A stretch of DNA of 20,000 bases from Chiloscyllium plagiosum. Its lineage: Eukaryota. Under the pieces are notes generated by a model. It was not told where the DNA came from. It saw only the letters and a list, made by a program, of their open reading frames with translations, and ran no database searches. A program made the translations under genes and the position numbers. The DNA lies in NCBI RefSeq assembly GCF_004010195.1, contig NC_057718.1, positions 50,356,326 to 50,376,325 of the forward strand, given 5' to 3'. Positions 1 to 10,104 of this stretch are shown one piece after another (within the stretch, counting starts at the first letter, position 1; each line of letters opens with the position of its first letter).

Positions 1-219
1 TCTCCCGCCGAAGACAACGGTGATCATTTGGCAAAACAAATGCACTCGACCTTCCGCGGTAAAACCGCACCGTAACTAAATTAACTGGGCACAAAGAAAA
101 CACTTCATAAAACTTAATGGCCAGGTCTTTGATTATTGAAACATAAATAGCTGCAAGTGTTATTTTAGTTATAAATCACACAACACCAGGTTATAGTCCA
201 ACAGGTTTAATTGGAAGTA

Positions 220-254
220 CACTAGCTTTCGGAGCGCTGCCCCTTCATCAGGTG
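220..254 (-). ncRNA. Minimal type I hammerhead ribozyme, intact core
   Basis: Minus strand reads CAC-CUGAUGA-A-GGGGC-AGC-GCUCC-GAAA-GCUA-GUG: stem I CAC/GUG, both core boxes, 5-bp stem II (one G-U), palindromic AGCU stem III, predicted cleavage after CUA. Confidence 0.8.
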
Positions 255-493
255 GTTGTGGAGTGTAAAATTGTAAGACACAAAATTTATAGCAAAAGTT
301 TACAGTGTTATGTAACTGAAATTATACATTGAAAAATGCCTTGATTGTTTAAGTCTCTCATCTGTTAGAATAACCACGTTAGTTTCACTTTTTTAAAAAA
401 CGTTATATTCTCAGGTTAACTTTAACAATTGGTGCCAGCCCAGATAATGTTTTGAAGGTGTTAGCCCCCTGCGTGCTGCTGTCTGTGCCTCAA

Positions 494-778
494 TTAGATT
501 CCCTACAGCATGGAAACAGGCCCTTTGGCCCACACTGACCCTCTGAAGAGTAACCCACCAAGATCCATTCCCCTATATTTACCCCAACTAATGCACCTAC
601 CACTATCGGCAATTTAGCATGGCCAATTCACCTGATCCACCCATCTTTGGATTGTGGGAAGAAGACCACGCTGACACAGGGAGAATGTGCAAACTCCACA
701 CATCCTGAGGTGGGAATCGAACACGGGTCCCTGGCGTTGTGAGGCAGCAGTGCTAACCACTGAGCCACCATGCTGCCC
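494..778 (-). mobile_element. tRNA-derived SINE, HE1/V-SINE type, nested in the PLE
   Basis: Reverse complement starts gggcagcatggtggctcagtggttagcac (A box), then gtgttcgattccc (B box), V-domain-like gtgtggagtttgcacattctccc, and a CR1-like 3' end gggcctgtttccatgctgtagggaatctaa. Homologous to 1527-1846. Confidence 0.9.
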
Positions 779-896
779 CTAACGTTTAGACTGATTCTAA
801 TCTAAAATGATGAATTAACAGAGTCTTACATGGATTCATGTAGTTTTTGAGCAAAGTACAATGTAACTCTGCAAGTATAAATTCATCTCACAAATG

Positions 897-1120
897 TATA
901 TGTGTGCATGTGGGTTTGTGTGTGTGTGATGGGGGGTTGTGAGTATCTGTGAGAGAGAGTGTATATGTGTGTGAGCGAGTGTAAAGGAGTCTAAGTCTGT
1001 GAGAGGGTGCATGTGTGAGTGTGTGTCTGTAGGAGTTTGTGTGAATGTCTGTGTGTGTCTGTGTATCGGAGTGTCTGTGTGTATATGTGTGTGTATAGGA
1101 GTGCCTGTGTGTGTGTGTAT
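897..1120. repeat. Degenerate (GT)n-rich microsatellite inside the PLE
   Basis: Interrupted tgtgtg/gagaga runs; explains the H/T-rich and C/V-rich spurious ORFs. Confidence 0.9.
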
Positions 1121-1236
1121 AGTGCAATGAGAGACTTAACAAACAATCAAGGTGCTTTTCAATGTATAATTTCAGTTACATCACACTGTAAACTTTTGCT
1201 ATAAATTCTGTGTCTTACAATTGTGTACTCCACAAC

Positions 1237-1271
1237 CACCTGGTGAAGGAGCGACGCTCCGAAAGCTAGTG
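1237..1271 (+). ncRNA. Minimal hammerhead ribozyme, core-mutated copy
   Basis: CAC-CUGGUGA-A-GGAGC-GAC-GCUCC-GAAA-GCUA-GUG; same fold as 220-254 but CUGAUGA>CUGGUGA, probably impaired. Confidence 0.7.
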
Positions 1272-1526
1272 CTTCCAATTAAACCTGTTGGACTATAACC
1301 TGGTGTTGTGTGACTTTTAACTTTGAACACCCCAGTCCAACACCGGCACCTCCACATCAGTGTTATTTTAAGTCTGTTTGATAGTTCAAAATCTGTATTG
1401 TTCAGCCACAAATAGCTTGGATGGAACATCATGCATTTTTTTTTCGGTAAAAGGGAGAAATGTTTACTGGGATCAATTTGGAATTGTAAAATGTTGCCTT
1501 CCTGAGATTTGGGTTCAAACTTGGGG

Positions 1527-1846
1527 GGGTGGCACGGTGGCTCAGTGGTTACCACTGCTGCCTTATAGAGCCAGGGACCCGGGTTCGATTGGACGATTGT
1601 CTATGTGGAGTTTGCACATTCTCCCCATTTCTGTGTGGGTTTCCTCCAGGTGCTCTAGTTTCCACCCACAACCCAAAGATATGCGGCTTAGGTGAATTGG
1701 CCATGCTAAATTGCCAATAGAGTTAGATGCATTAGTCAGGGGTACATACAGGGAATGGGTCTGGGTGGGTTACTCTTTGGAGGGTCAGGATGGACTTGTT
1801 GGGCCAAAGGGCCTGTTTCCATACTGTAGGTAATCTAATCAAATCT
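1527..1846 (+). mobile_element. tRNA-derived SINE, HE1/V-SINE type, near full length
   Basis: A box tggctcagtgg (1538-1548), B box ggttcgatt (1582-1590, 3' part deleted), central gtggagtttgcacattctcccc...gtgggtttcctccaggtgctc, CR1-like tail gggcctgtttccatactgtagg + (aatct)n. Confidence 0.9.
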
Positions 1847-1939
1847 CAACACAGCCTCTGAAGAGGTCAGTTAATTATATATATGGATTTTGCTGCTTTA
1901 AAAGCTACTTAAATCAGTAATAACAACTGCAATGTGATA

Positions 1940-2162
1940 AATCCCATCCGGTTCACTAATATCCTTTGAGGAAGGCAATATGCCATCCTTACCCAGTCTA
2001 GCCTACGTGTGACTCCAGATCTACAACAGTGATTTTTCAATACTCTCCAAAATGGTTTAGCCAATTACTCGGTTCTCAAGAAGATGGCTCACCTTCCCCA
2101 AGACAATTAGGGATAGACAATAAATCCCAACCTTGCCTCCAATGCGCACACTCCACGAATTA
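1940..2162 (+). mobile_element. Old SINE 3' portion (family unresolved)
   Basis: Shares colinear blocks with 11270-11442 (gaagg..atat, agatc.a.a.ca.tg, aaatgg, aattagg.ata, a.tg.gcacac..cca.gaat) and resembles a widespread fish/shark SINE tail. Confidence 0.6.
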
Positions 2163-2309
2163 ATTTAATGTTTGAATTATGGAGGATGTTGAAACTGTCA
2201 GATTAAAGTGAACATGAAGCTGCAAAGAACATACTGGTAATTATTCTGAATGAGTGAATTATTCCTCCAATTTACAGAGGAATATATGAGCATCATGTCA
2301 CCTCCATGA

Positions 2310-3010
2310 TAAATGGACATATGGATGAAATTGATTCAATTGGGAATAATCAGCATGGATTTGAAAATAGATAATGACGTTTAACAAGCCTGGAGTTTTT
2401 TCACAATGTTATGAACAAAATTGATCAAGGGAGTCAACAGATATAGCTTATTTAGATTTTAAGAAAGGTTTTGATGAGATCCCCCACAGGAAGTTTGTAG
2501 CAAAATTAAAGCACATGGGATAGGAGGGAATGTACTGGCATGTATTGGAGATTGAAAATAGAGTAAAACTAAATGGGTGATCTTTGCACTGCGAGACTGT
2601 GACTAGTGTGGTACCATAAGGATCAGTACTTGGGCCCCAGCTGTTCATATGCAGATCAGTAATTTGGATGTGTGGACCAAATGTAATATTCACTAATTTG
2701 TGGATGAGACAAAGCTAATTAAGAATGTTTGTTGTTCGGAAAATGCAAAATATTTTTCGGACAATTTGGACACGCTTAATAAGGGAGAATGAATGTGGTG
2801 GGTGGAATATAATGTCGAAAAACATGAGGTTTTATTCCGGCTCAGCTTTTGAATATTTTTAGAGTAGAGGTTGATACATTTTTGAGTATTAAATGATGTA
2901 AAGGGTTACGGGGATAAGGTGAGGAAAAAAAACATTGCAGTGATTGATCAGTGACAATTGTATTAAACAGTGGAGCAGTCTCAATGGTCTGAATGCTGTA
3001 CTACTTTTCA
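2310..3010 (+). mobile_element. Decayed CR1 LINE: RT fragment, internal deletion and 3' end
   Basis: Translatable motifs QHGF (2351), YLDFKKGFDEIPHR (2449), VTSVVP*GSVLGPQLF (2599), FVDETKL (~2697); stops and indels present; CR1-like 3' UTR at 2840-3010. Confidence 0.85.
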
Positions 3011-3802
3011 CCTGAACCAGAAGAAGAAATTGAAAAAGAATTAAATATTGCTGAAAGAGAAAGGTACTGTTGAAGCCTTTTCCTCTTGTATACGTCAGGT
3101 AAAAGGAAGAATGCAAAATTCCAAACAATTGTAGCAATAGATCCTACAGGAGAAAGGGCTGCTGATTACTTGGCAAGTTGATCCTGATTGCTTTCTTCAT
3201 GGAAATGCCTCAGCTCCGCGAAACACTTGTTCCTTGAGCTCCCAGGTAGTTCACAAAAGGCCTAATGCTTGAACATATTATTTTTACTTGTATTGAATGG
3301 ATCCCTGCACAAAAATGTAAGCAGTTTTAGCAAGCAGAAATGAGCCATGTTATCTGCTCAACTAATTATCTGAAATTATTTGATTTTGTACCTATAAGCA
3401 TGAACTGGATTATTCACAAGCGTTTCCCAATTGTAGAAGTGTATCTAGCAGAAGTCATTTTATTTTGGAGTTTCGTGGCTCGTTGAATGCAGACTTTACT
3501 CTGGCTGTTAGAAGCGATTGAAAGAACATACCATTTGATTTACTCTTGCCAATCATTAGAATGTACAGACAACATTGCAGTTGTATGGAACTTCATTCAC
3601 AACACGGTTGCATTGTGTCTTAAGCAGATTTTATTTTTGGGCTGATGGCAGTTTTTTGGTGTGTGTGTAAAATACCACTCACATAGCTATGATAGCAGCC
3701 TGAAATGGCTTACTTAACATGTTGATTTATTTTTTAAGAGTCCATGCCTTTTCATAGTAATTTGAGGAAGACCTGGCACTTTTCAGGTCCAAATGTAATG
3801 CC

Positions 3803-4285
3803 CTTCAGTGCAGTACAATGCCAGATAATTGGGCTTTACGTCCACATAGTCAGTTGATTGAATCAAACAGGATGTTCCTTTGTTTGTTAGTAATAAGCAG
3901 AGTACCGACCATAATCAAGCAGCTTGCGCAAGCACAACACAAAGTAGTACATCTGCTGAATACTTGACGAACCATCCTGAATGTAATCATAATTACATGA
4001 ACAACCAACACAAGATAATCTGTCAATTTTGTAATATAGATCATTTAACTTATGTTCAAAATTTATATGCTTTTTAAATATTACCGAGCCTTTTGAGGAA
4101 TCTACGTTTCGCCGCTGCTTCCTAAATGTCAATGCTGCAGCCAATGATAACTTGTCAACCAATCAATAGCAGGGATTGCTGTGATTTTATTGAAAATTGA
4201 AATTCTTGCATTTGTCCTGATGTGTGCAAGATGAAAAGCTTCAACAACATAGCTCTCATTTCAGCGATATTCAAGTTCTGTAATT
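3803..4285 (+). mobile_element. Old PLE 3' end: decayed GIY-YIG endonuclease region followed by pLTR with hammerhead relic
   Basis: Conceptual translation QC/YNAR*LGFTST*SVD*IKQDVP resembles the PLE GIY-YIG CxC..YVGxT.R.L..RIxxH motif. It runs in frame into ORF 3880-4077 (..EYLTNHPEC..NY....KII). A hammerhead-like motif lies at 4212-4247. Confidence 0.65.
4212..4247 (+). ncRNA. Degenerate hammerhead ribozyme relic (third sequence class)
   Basis: UUGUC-CUGAUGU-GUGCAAGAU-GAAA-AGCUUC-AACAA. Three substitutions (two CpG-type) restore UUGUC/GACAA stem I, CUGAUGA and GU/AC stem II; the AAGCUU palindrome is present. Confidence 0.55.
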
Positions 4286-4369
4286 CATTACTTCAATACA
4301 ATTGAAGTGGAATTCTTTAATAGTAAAGACTTTAAAATTGTCAGGAATAAAATTTATGGTCATACAATA

Positions 4370-4785
4370 AACAACAAAGAGCTTCCATATACACAGAGCT
4401 TTTGAAATGCACAATATGCTCAGAAACACCTTTGAGATAGGCTCTCGGTTGTGTTGTACAGAACCACAGCAGATTATCCAGATACAAAATCAATGACCGG
4501 TGCATTTGTTTTTGTGGTGTTAGCTAAGGGAAAATCCTGTTCAGGACAGGGGGAAATTTGCCATTGTACAATAAAATGAAGCAATGGGATCTTTTACTTC
4601 CATCTGAGGAGGCTGCTGGGGTCATTAATATCTTTTTAAAAATACAGGATCTCTAACTCTACAGCATCCCCTGAGCATTACCCAAAAGTATTAGATTAGA
4701 TTTTATATTCATTCCCCTAAAGTATCATATGAATCATTAATCTTTCTATTTAAAGGCAGTTAAGCTCACTGAGCCATATCTGAAA
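4370..4785 (-). mobile_element. Ancient Deu-domain-type SINE (SacSINE1/AmnSINE-like), highly diverged
   Basis: caggaca..ggg.aa, atgggatcttttacttccatctgag and cagcatccctgag resemble the Deu domain on minus; ends in a tRNA-like head (cactgagcca = tggctcagtg). 4583-4597 is inverse-similar to ~10113-10127. Confidence 0.6.
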
Positions 4786-4791
4786 TGTGAA

Positions 4792-4930
4792 GTAGACAGA
4801 CAGGTCTTCAGTTTAACAACGAGGTCTGAAAGATGGTATCTTTGCAATGCAACACCTTCACAAAAATAATTGAGACTTGAGCCTTTAAACATCTGGTTCG
4901 GATGAGAATGCTACCCCAGAGCCAAGATAG
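4792..4930 (-). mobile_element. Second, partial Deu-domain-type SINE fragment
   Basis: gtttaac....tctgaaagatggtatct...aatgcaacac, then gagacttgagcc and gagaatgctacc..agagcca (reverse B and A boxes). Confidence 0.5.
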
Positions 4931-4964
4931 TAACATATCAACATCAACAATAGTCTCTGTGGGT

Positions 4965-5270
4965 TTAAAAGGGGAACATCTTGACGAATCAATCTACTTG
5001 ACTTTTGAGAAATTAATTTCAAAGATGCCAAAAGGAAGAGAATAAAGCTTCATGTGAAATGGTAATGTGAGAGAGTTCATGGTGAGCATGGAAATCAGAT
5101 TGAAACATTCGTTGAAAGAAAGCAAATAACGGTTATTTAAAAGAGATGATATAGGAGTTCACCTCTAAGGTTGTGGTGGTGAAATCACTTCAGTATCTGT
5201 TTACAGCAAAGAAAATGGAGTCAGATATTCATAGCAAATGTGGCGATGATCCCACACTAAGAAGAATGGA
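4965..5270 (+). mobile_element. Very old CR1 RT relic
   Basis: IYLTFEK (~4992, cf. IYMDFSK), a GVPQGSVL-like remnant (~5153) and SKCGDDPTL (5233, cf. SKFADDTKL) in CR1 order and approximate spacing. Confidence 0.5.
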
Positions 5271-5612
5271 TGATTTTGATAAGGCACCTCAGAAAGTGAT
5301 CTCCAAAAGTGTACAGCTACTCACACAGCTCCCTTAAGTTATTGAAATTAGGCTCAAAGCCCTGTTCAGGGCAAGCATCACGTCTCTAGGTTTAGGTTCC
5401 TGTGGGTCATAATAGATTTCTACATGACTATGTCTCTATTAGTTCCATATAATCAAAGTGTTCACATCTTATGAAAGAGCAACTATGGGTTTGTTTGGCA
5501 TGGTGAGTTAAATAGGATTTAAATTATGGTGAATGGAATACCAAAATAATCAGTAATTCAATAATTCAAATAATAGATTAACATATCTAAGCAATTGTCA
5601 CCGTGACTAATG

Positions 5613-5803
5613 AAAAAGTGAGGCCTGCAGTTGCTGGAGATCAGAGTGTGGTACTGGAAAAGCACAGGCAGGTCAGGCAGCAGCTGAACAGCAGGAGAAT
5701 CAACGACCTATATCAGGATGAAGGGCTTATGCCCAAAACGTCGATTCTCCTGCTCTTCAGTTGCTGCCTGACCAGCTGTGTTTTTCCAGCACCACACTGT
5801 CAA
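5613..5803. mobile_element. 191-bp fold-back PLE-derived mini-element with 16-bp TSD
   Basis: 5645-5705 is inverse-complementary to 5739-5798. TSD gtcacc(g/a)tgactaatg at 5597-5612 and 5804-5819. Sequence is homologous to the termini of 14965-15967 and 19607-19770. Broken hammerhead at 5717-5746 (GAUGA-AGGGC-UUAU-GCCC-AAAACGUC). Confidence 0.85.
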
Positions 5804-6825
5804 GTCACCATGACTAATGTGTATATTTAAACATTTATAATAGTTGCAATCTGCTATTTTCATCAGTCAAGGAAAATTGTGTCATACTCTGAAAAGCTAA
5901 CCTAACAAACAGCATATCCACTTCAAAAAATCATTGCAAGATGTAAGTTACTACAGCAGTGAACATTTACAATGGAAGGCATGGAGAAATGATGAGTAAA
6001 GGGAGCAGTGTTTCTGTTTATAAATGAACAGGTCATTTGGAGCTCGGTTTCATTTTGCAGTGTGCCTGTTTTAGACAAGACCAAAATTCCACAAAATATA
6101 CCAAAGAGATAGCCCAGACTCTAGCTTTTATTTTATTTAGGGGCAGGTGTAATGTGCTGTGTTCCATATGTGATTCAATTGGTGCACTACTGGGCTGTAT
6201 GCAAAGTATGTTTTATTTGTATGTCATAGTTAAAATACAAACAAAAAAAACTCGATTGAAATAGCTTTAAAATAGTATTCAACTACTTATCATGTTATAT
6301 TAATATTTCAATGTAGCAGCATCTCATAAGCACACCCTTGGCAAAGACAAATTCATCAAAACTGATTTTCCACATGTGCTATCTTCTCGACAGTCCAGGA
6401 GAAAGGAACACTGATAAAGCAATATAACAGCAGAGAGAGAACTCAAGCTTTTTGCTGCAGCAGAGAGCAAATCTGCATCTATCAACAGCCAACTCCAAAA
6501 TCCCAAATGAAAGCAAAACTAAAATACTGGCTCTGAGTTAGCCTGATACTGCTCACACATGCTTCTTTTGTCTAATTAAAAAACATTCAGGAAACTCAAA
6601 TTTGATTATCCACTGCGTCTATGAATTTGACATTCTGGCACCACTGTGGCATCATCTCCATGCAAGAGAAACAGCACACAATAATCCTTTCTTAAAGGCC
6701 CATTACTGTCAAAGCCCTCTTGGAAGGTACAGGGGTATAAACCTTAATGTATCTGCATTCAAACAAAGGCCAGTCTCGCCAAGAAACCACATCTCCATAC
6801 ACGCAGAAATGGAAGAAGATAGTAT

Positions 6826-6865
6826 GAGGATTCAGATACCTTTCATTTCAGGTATCTGAATCCTC
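6826..6865. repeat. Perfect 16-bp inverted repeat with 8-nt loop
   Basis: gaggattcagatacct (6826-6841) / ttcatttc / aggtatctgaatcctc (6850-6865). Confidence 0.9.
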
Positions 6866-7023
6866 CAGGATCTGAGCACACAATCGAGACTAGCACTGCT
6901 GTGTTGCACTGAAGGAACAAAGAAGAACAAAGAACAAAGAAAATTTACAGCCCAGCAACAGGCCCTTCGGCCCTCCAAGCCTGAGCTGATCCAAACGTAC
7001 TGTCTAAACCTGTCGGTCAATTC

Positions 7024-9800
7024 CTAAGCATCTGTATCCCACTGCTCCCCACCGCTCATGCATTTGTCCAGAAGCATCTTAAATGAATCTATCGTGCCTG
7101 CCTCTACCATCTCTGCTGGCAACGCATTCCAAACACCCACCACCCTCTGTGTGAAGTTCTTACTGCGTGTATCCCCCTTAAACTTTCCACCTCTCACCTT
7201 GAAAGTGTGACCTCTCATTATTGAATCCTTCACCCTGGGAAAAAACTTGTCTCTATCCACCCTGTCTATACCCTTCATGATTTGTAAACCTCAATCAGGA
7301 CCCCCCTCAACCTCCTTTTTTCTAATGAAAACAAACCTAACCTACTCAACCTTTCTTCATCACTAGCACCTTCCATACAAGACAACATCCTCGTAAACCT
7401 TCCCTCTCCAAAGCGTTCACATCCTTTTGGTAATGTGGCGACCAGAACTGTACACAGTATTCTAAATGCGGCCGAACCAATGTCTTGTACAATTTTAACA
7501 TGATTTGCCAGCTCTTATACTCAATACCCCTTCCAATGAAGGCAGGCATACTATATGCCTTTTTGACCACTCTATCCACCTGTGCAGCCACCTTCAGGGT
7601 ACAATGGGCCTGCACTCCCAGATCTCACTGCCCATCAACTTTTCTCAAGGCTCTTCCGTTCATTGTCTAATTCGCTCTAGAATTAGTCTTGCCTAAATGC
7701 ATCCACCTCACATTTGTCTGGATTGAAAGCCATCTGCCACTTTTCCGCCCTACTCTCCAGTCTATCTATATCCTCCTGTATTCTCTGACAATCCGTTATG
7801 CTTTCTGCTACTCCACCAATCTTTGTGTCATCTGCAAAATTGCTGATCATACCAATAGTGCCCTCTTGCAGATCATTTATGTATATTACAAACAACAGTG
7901 GCCCCAACACTGACCCCTGTGGAACACCACTGGTCACCTTTCTCCATTTCAAGAAACTCCCTTCAACTACTACTCTCTGTCTCCTGTTGCTCAACCAGTT
8001 TTTTATCCACCGAGCTAGAACACCCTGCACCCCATGTGACTTCAATTTCTCCATTTGTCTACCATGGGGAACCTTATCAAACGTCTTACTAAAGTCCATG
8101 TATATGACATCAACAGCCCTCCCTTCATCTATCAACTTGGTCACTTCCCCAAAGAACTCTAGTAAGTTGGTAAGGCACGATATCCCCAGCACAAAGCCAT
8201 GTTGCCTATCACTGATAAGCCCATTATTTTCTAAATATAAATAGATCCTATCCCTCAGTACTTTCTCCAGCAACTTTCCCACCACTGACGTCAGGCTCAC
8301 TGATCTGTAGTTACCCGGAATATCCCTACTACCCTTCTTGTACAGGGGACAACATGAGCAACCCTCCAGTGCTCTGGCACCTCACCTGTGTTTAAGGATG
8401 CCACAAAGATATCTGTCAGGGCCCCAACTATTTCCTCTCTCGCCTCCCTCAGCAACCTGGGATAGATCCCATTCAGTCCTGAGGATTTGTCCACCTTAAT
8501 AACCTCCAGTCTATGCAACACATCTTCCCTACTTATGTCAATATGATCCAGACTAATCAAACTTCTATCTCTAATCTCAACATTCATCATGTTCCTCTCC
8601 TCAGTGAATACTGATGGAAAGTAATCATTCAGAATCTCAACCATTCTCTCAGGTTCATCATCCTTTAGCGGACCAATCCTTTCTCTAGTTACCCACTTGC
8701 TTCTTATATAAGAATAAAATGCTTTGGAATTCTCCTTAATTCTGCTCGCTAAAGCTATTTCATGACCCCTTTTAGCCCGCTTGATTTCTCGTTTAAGACT
8801 TGTCCTACTCTTCCAATATTCTTCCAGGGCCCATTCTGTTCTTAGATGCCTAGACCTTATGTATGCTTCCCTTTTCCTCTTGGCTAGTCGTACAATTTCT
8901 CCTGTCATCTGCGGTTCACAAATCTTGCGCTTCCTATCCTTTGCCTTCAATAGGACATGTCTATCCTGCACTATCTTTAACCTATCTTTGAAAGCCTCCC
9001 ACATCTCAAATGTGGACTTCCCTGCAAATATCTGTGTCCAATCCACATTTCTGAGCTCCTGCCTAATTTTGATATAATTGACCTTGGCCCAGTTTAGTAC
9101 TCTTCCCTTAGGACCACTCTCATCTTTATCTACGAGTATTCTAAAACTTACAGAATTGTGGTCACTGTTCCCAAAGAAATCCCCCACTGCAACTTCTATC
9201 ACCTGGCCTGGCTCATTCCCCAGTACCAGGTCCAATAAGGCCTCTTCCCTCGTTGGACTATTGACAAGCTGCTCCAGAAAACTCTTCTGGACGCTTCTTA
9301 CAAATTCTACTCAATCCAGACCTCTGACATTAAGCGTATCCCAGTCAATGTTGGGAAAATTAAAATCTCCCATCACCACTACCCTATTGCCTCTACAATT
9401 TTCCCTAATCTGTTGACCTATTTGTTCTTCTACCTCACGCTCACTGTTGGGAGGCCTGTAATACAGCCCCAACAGTGTAACTGCACCCTTCTTGTTTCTC
9501 AGCTCCACCCATAATGCCTCACTACCCAAGACCTCCATAGTGTGCTCCTTTAGCACAGCCGTGATATCGTCCTTGACCAGCAATGCAACTCCCCCCCCCA
9601 CTTTTACTTCCTTCCCTGTCCTGTCTGAATGTCTATATCCTGGAACATTTAATTGCCAATCATCATGCCCTTCCTTCAACCAAGTCTCTGTGATTGCAAT
9701 AACGGCATACTCCCAAGCACCAATCCAAGCCCTAAGTTCATCTGCCTTACCCACTATACTCCTTGCATTAAAGTAGATGCATTTCAGGCCACCAGTTTTT
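7024..9800 (-). pseudogene. CR1 ORF2 (APE endonuclease + reverse transcriptase), split into five ORF pieces
   Basis: APE: CIYFNARS, IAITETW, YYRPP, MGDFN, DLVL, SDHN (ORFs 9311-10069, 8297-9235). RT: QHGF, YMDFSKTFDKVPH, GVPQGSVLGPLLF, FADDTK (7683-8300). C-terminal LVRPHLEYCVQFWSP and FTQRVVGVWNALP (7346-7615, 7024-7278). Confidence 0.95.
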
Positions 9801-9926
9801 TTGCGCTCATCTGCTCTCTGCCTACTCTTCCCTTTATTAATGCTATCTTCATAATTCTTACAGTCTCCAGTCTCCACCTCGCTGTCTACTTGTTTTCTCT
9901 TCTGGTTGCCAGTCCCCTGACACATT

Positions 9927-10030
9927 AGTTTAAAACCTCCCCAACAGCAGTAGCAAAAATTCCCCGAAGGACATTGGTTCTGGTCTGGTTCAGATGTAGA
10001 CTGTCCATTTTGTAATAGTCCCACCTTCCC
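9927..10030 (-). pseudogene. C-terminal fragment of CR1 ORF1 (SGNH esterase-like)
   Basis: Minus-strand translation WDYYKMDSLHLNQTRTNVLRGIFATAVG contains the DxLHLN motif typical of CR1 ORF1 esterases, directly upstream of ORF2. Confidence 0.75.
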
Positions 10031-10104
10031 CAGAAGGAATGTGGCATAGCTAAATGTGACATCTTTCACATGAGATGAAAAGCAAAGGAAACATCTGCAC
10101 TCTT

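Larger units (their letters stand above)
168..1358. mobile_element. Non-autonomous Penelope-like element (PLE) with inverted pseudo-LTRs, hammerhead motifs and 12-bp TSD
   Basis: 168-361 is the reverse complement of 1127-1321 (few mismatches); the right arm has an extra ~37-nt tail (1322-1358). Direct repeat agtgttatttta flanks it at 156-167 and 1359-1370. Each arm has a minimal hammerhead motif. Inverted pLTR + tail + hammerhead is the established PLE architecture. Confidence 0.85.
6915..10035 (-). mobile_element. CR1 (HER1-like) LINE, 5'-truncated within ORF1; ORF2 essentially complete but frameshifted
   Basis: (gaacaaa)n tail at 6915-6940, 3' UTR, ORF2 fragments with APE and RT motifs, ORF1 C-terminus at ~9927-10030; possible short TSD or microhomology gaaggaa (6911-6917, 10033-10039). 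Confidence 0.95.

Noticed and set aside
888..1204. His/Thr-rich and Cys/Val-rich ORFs
   Set aside because: Translations of the (GT)n microsatellite.
168..1358. DNA transposon with terminal inverted repeats
   Set aside because: The arms are asymmetric (one-sided tail), the TSD is long, hammerhead motifs are present and there is no transposase; PLE fits better.
1527..1600. tRNA gene
   Set aside because: The A/B boxes belong to a SINE head; there is no complete cloverleaf and it continues into the SINE body.
1503..1848. 8-bp inverted repeat tgagattt/aaatctca around the SINE
   Set aside because: The right copy is part of the SINE (aatct)n tail; probably chance.
6602..6859. 85-aa ORF in unique DNA
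   Set aside because: Non-ATG start, no recognisable domain, length expected by chance.
7485..9928. Several plus-strand ORFs of 61-148 aa
   Set aside because: Antisense shadows of CR1 ORF2.
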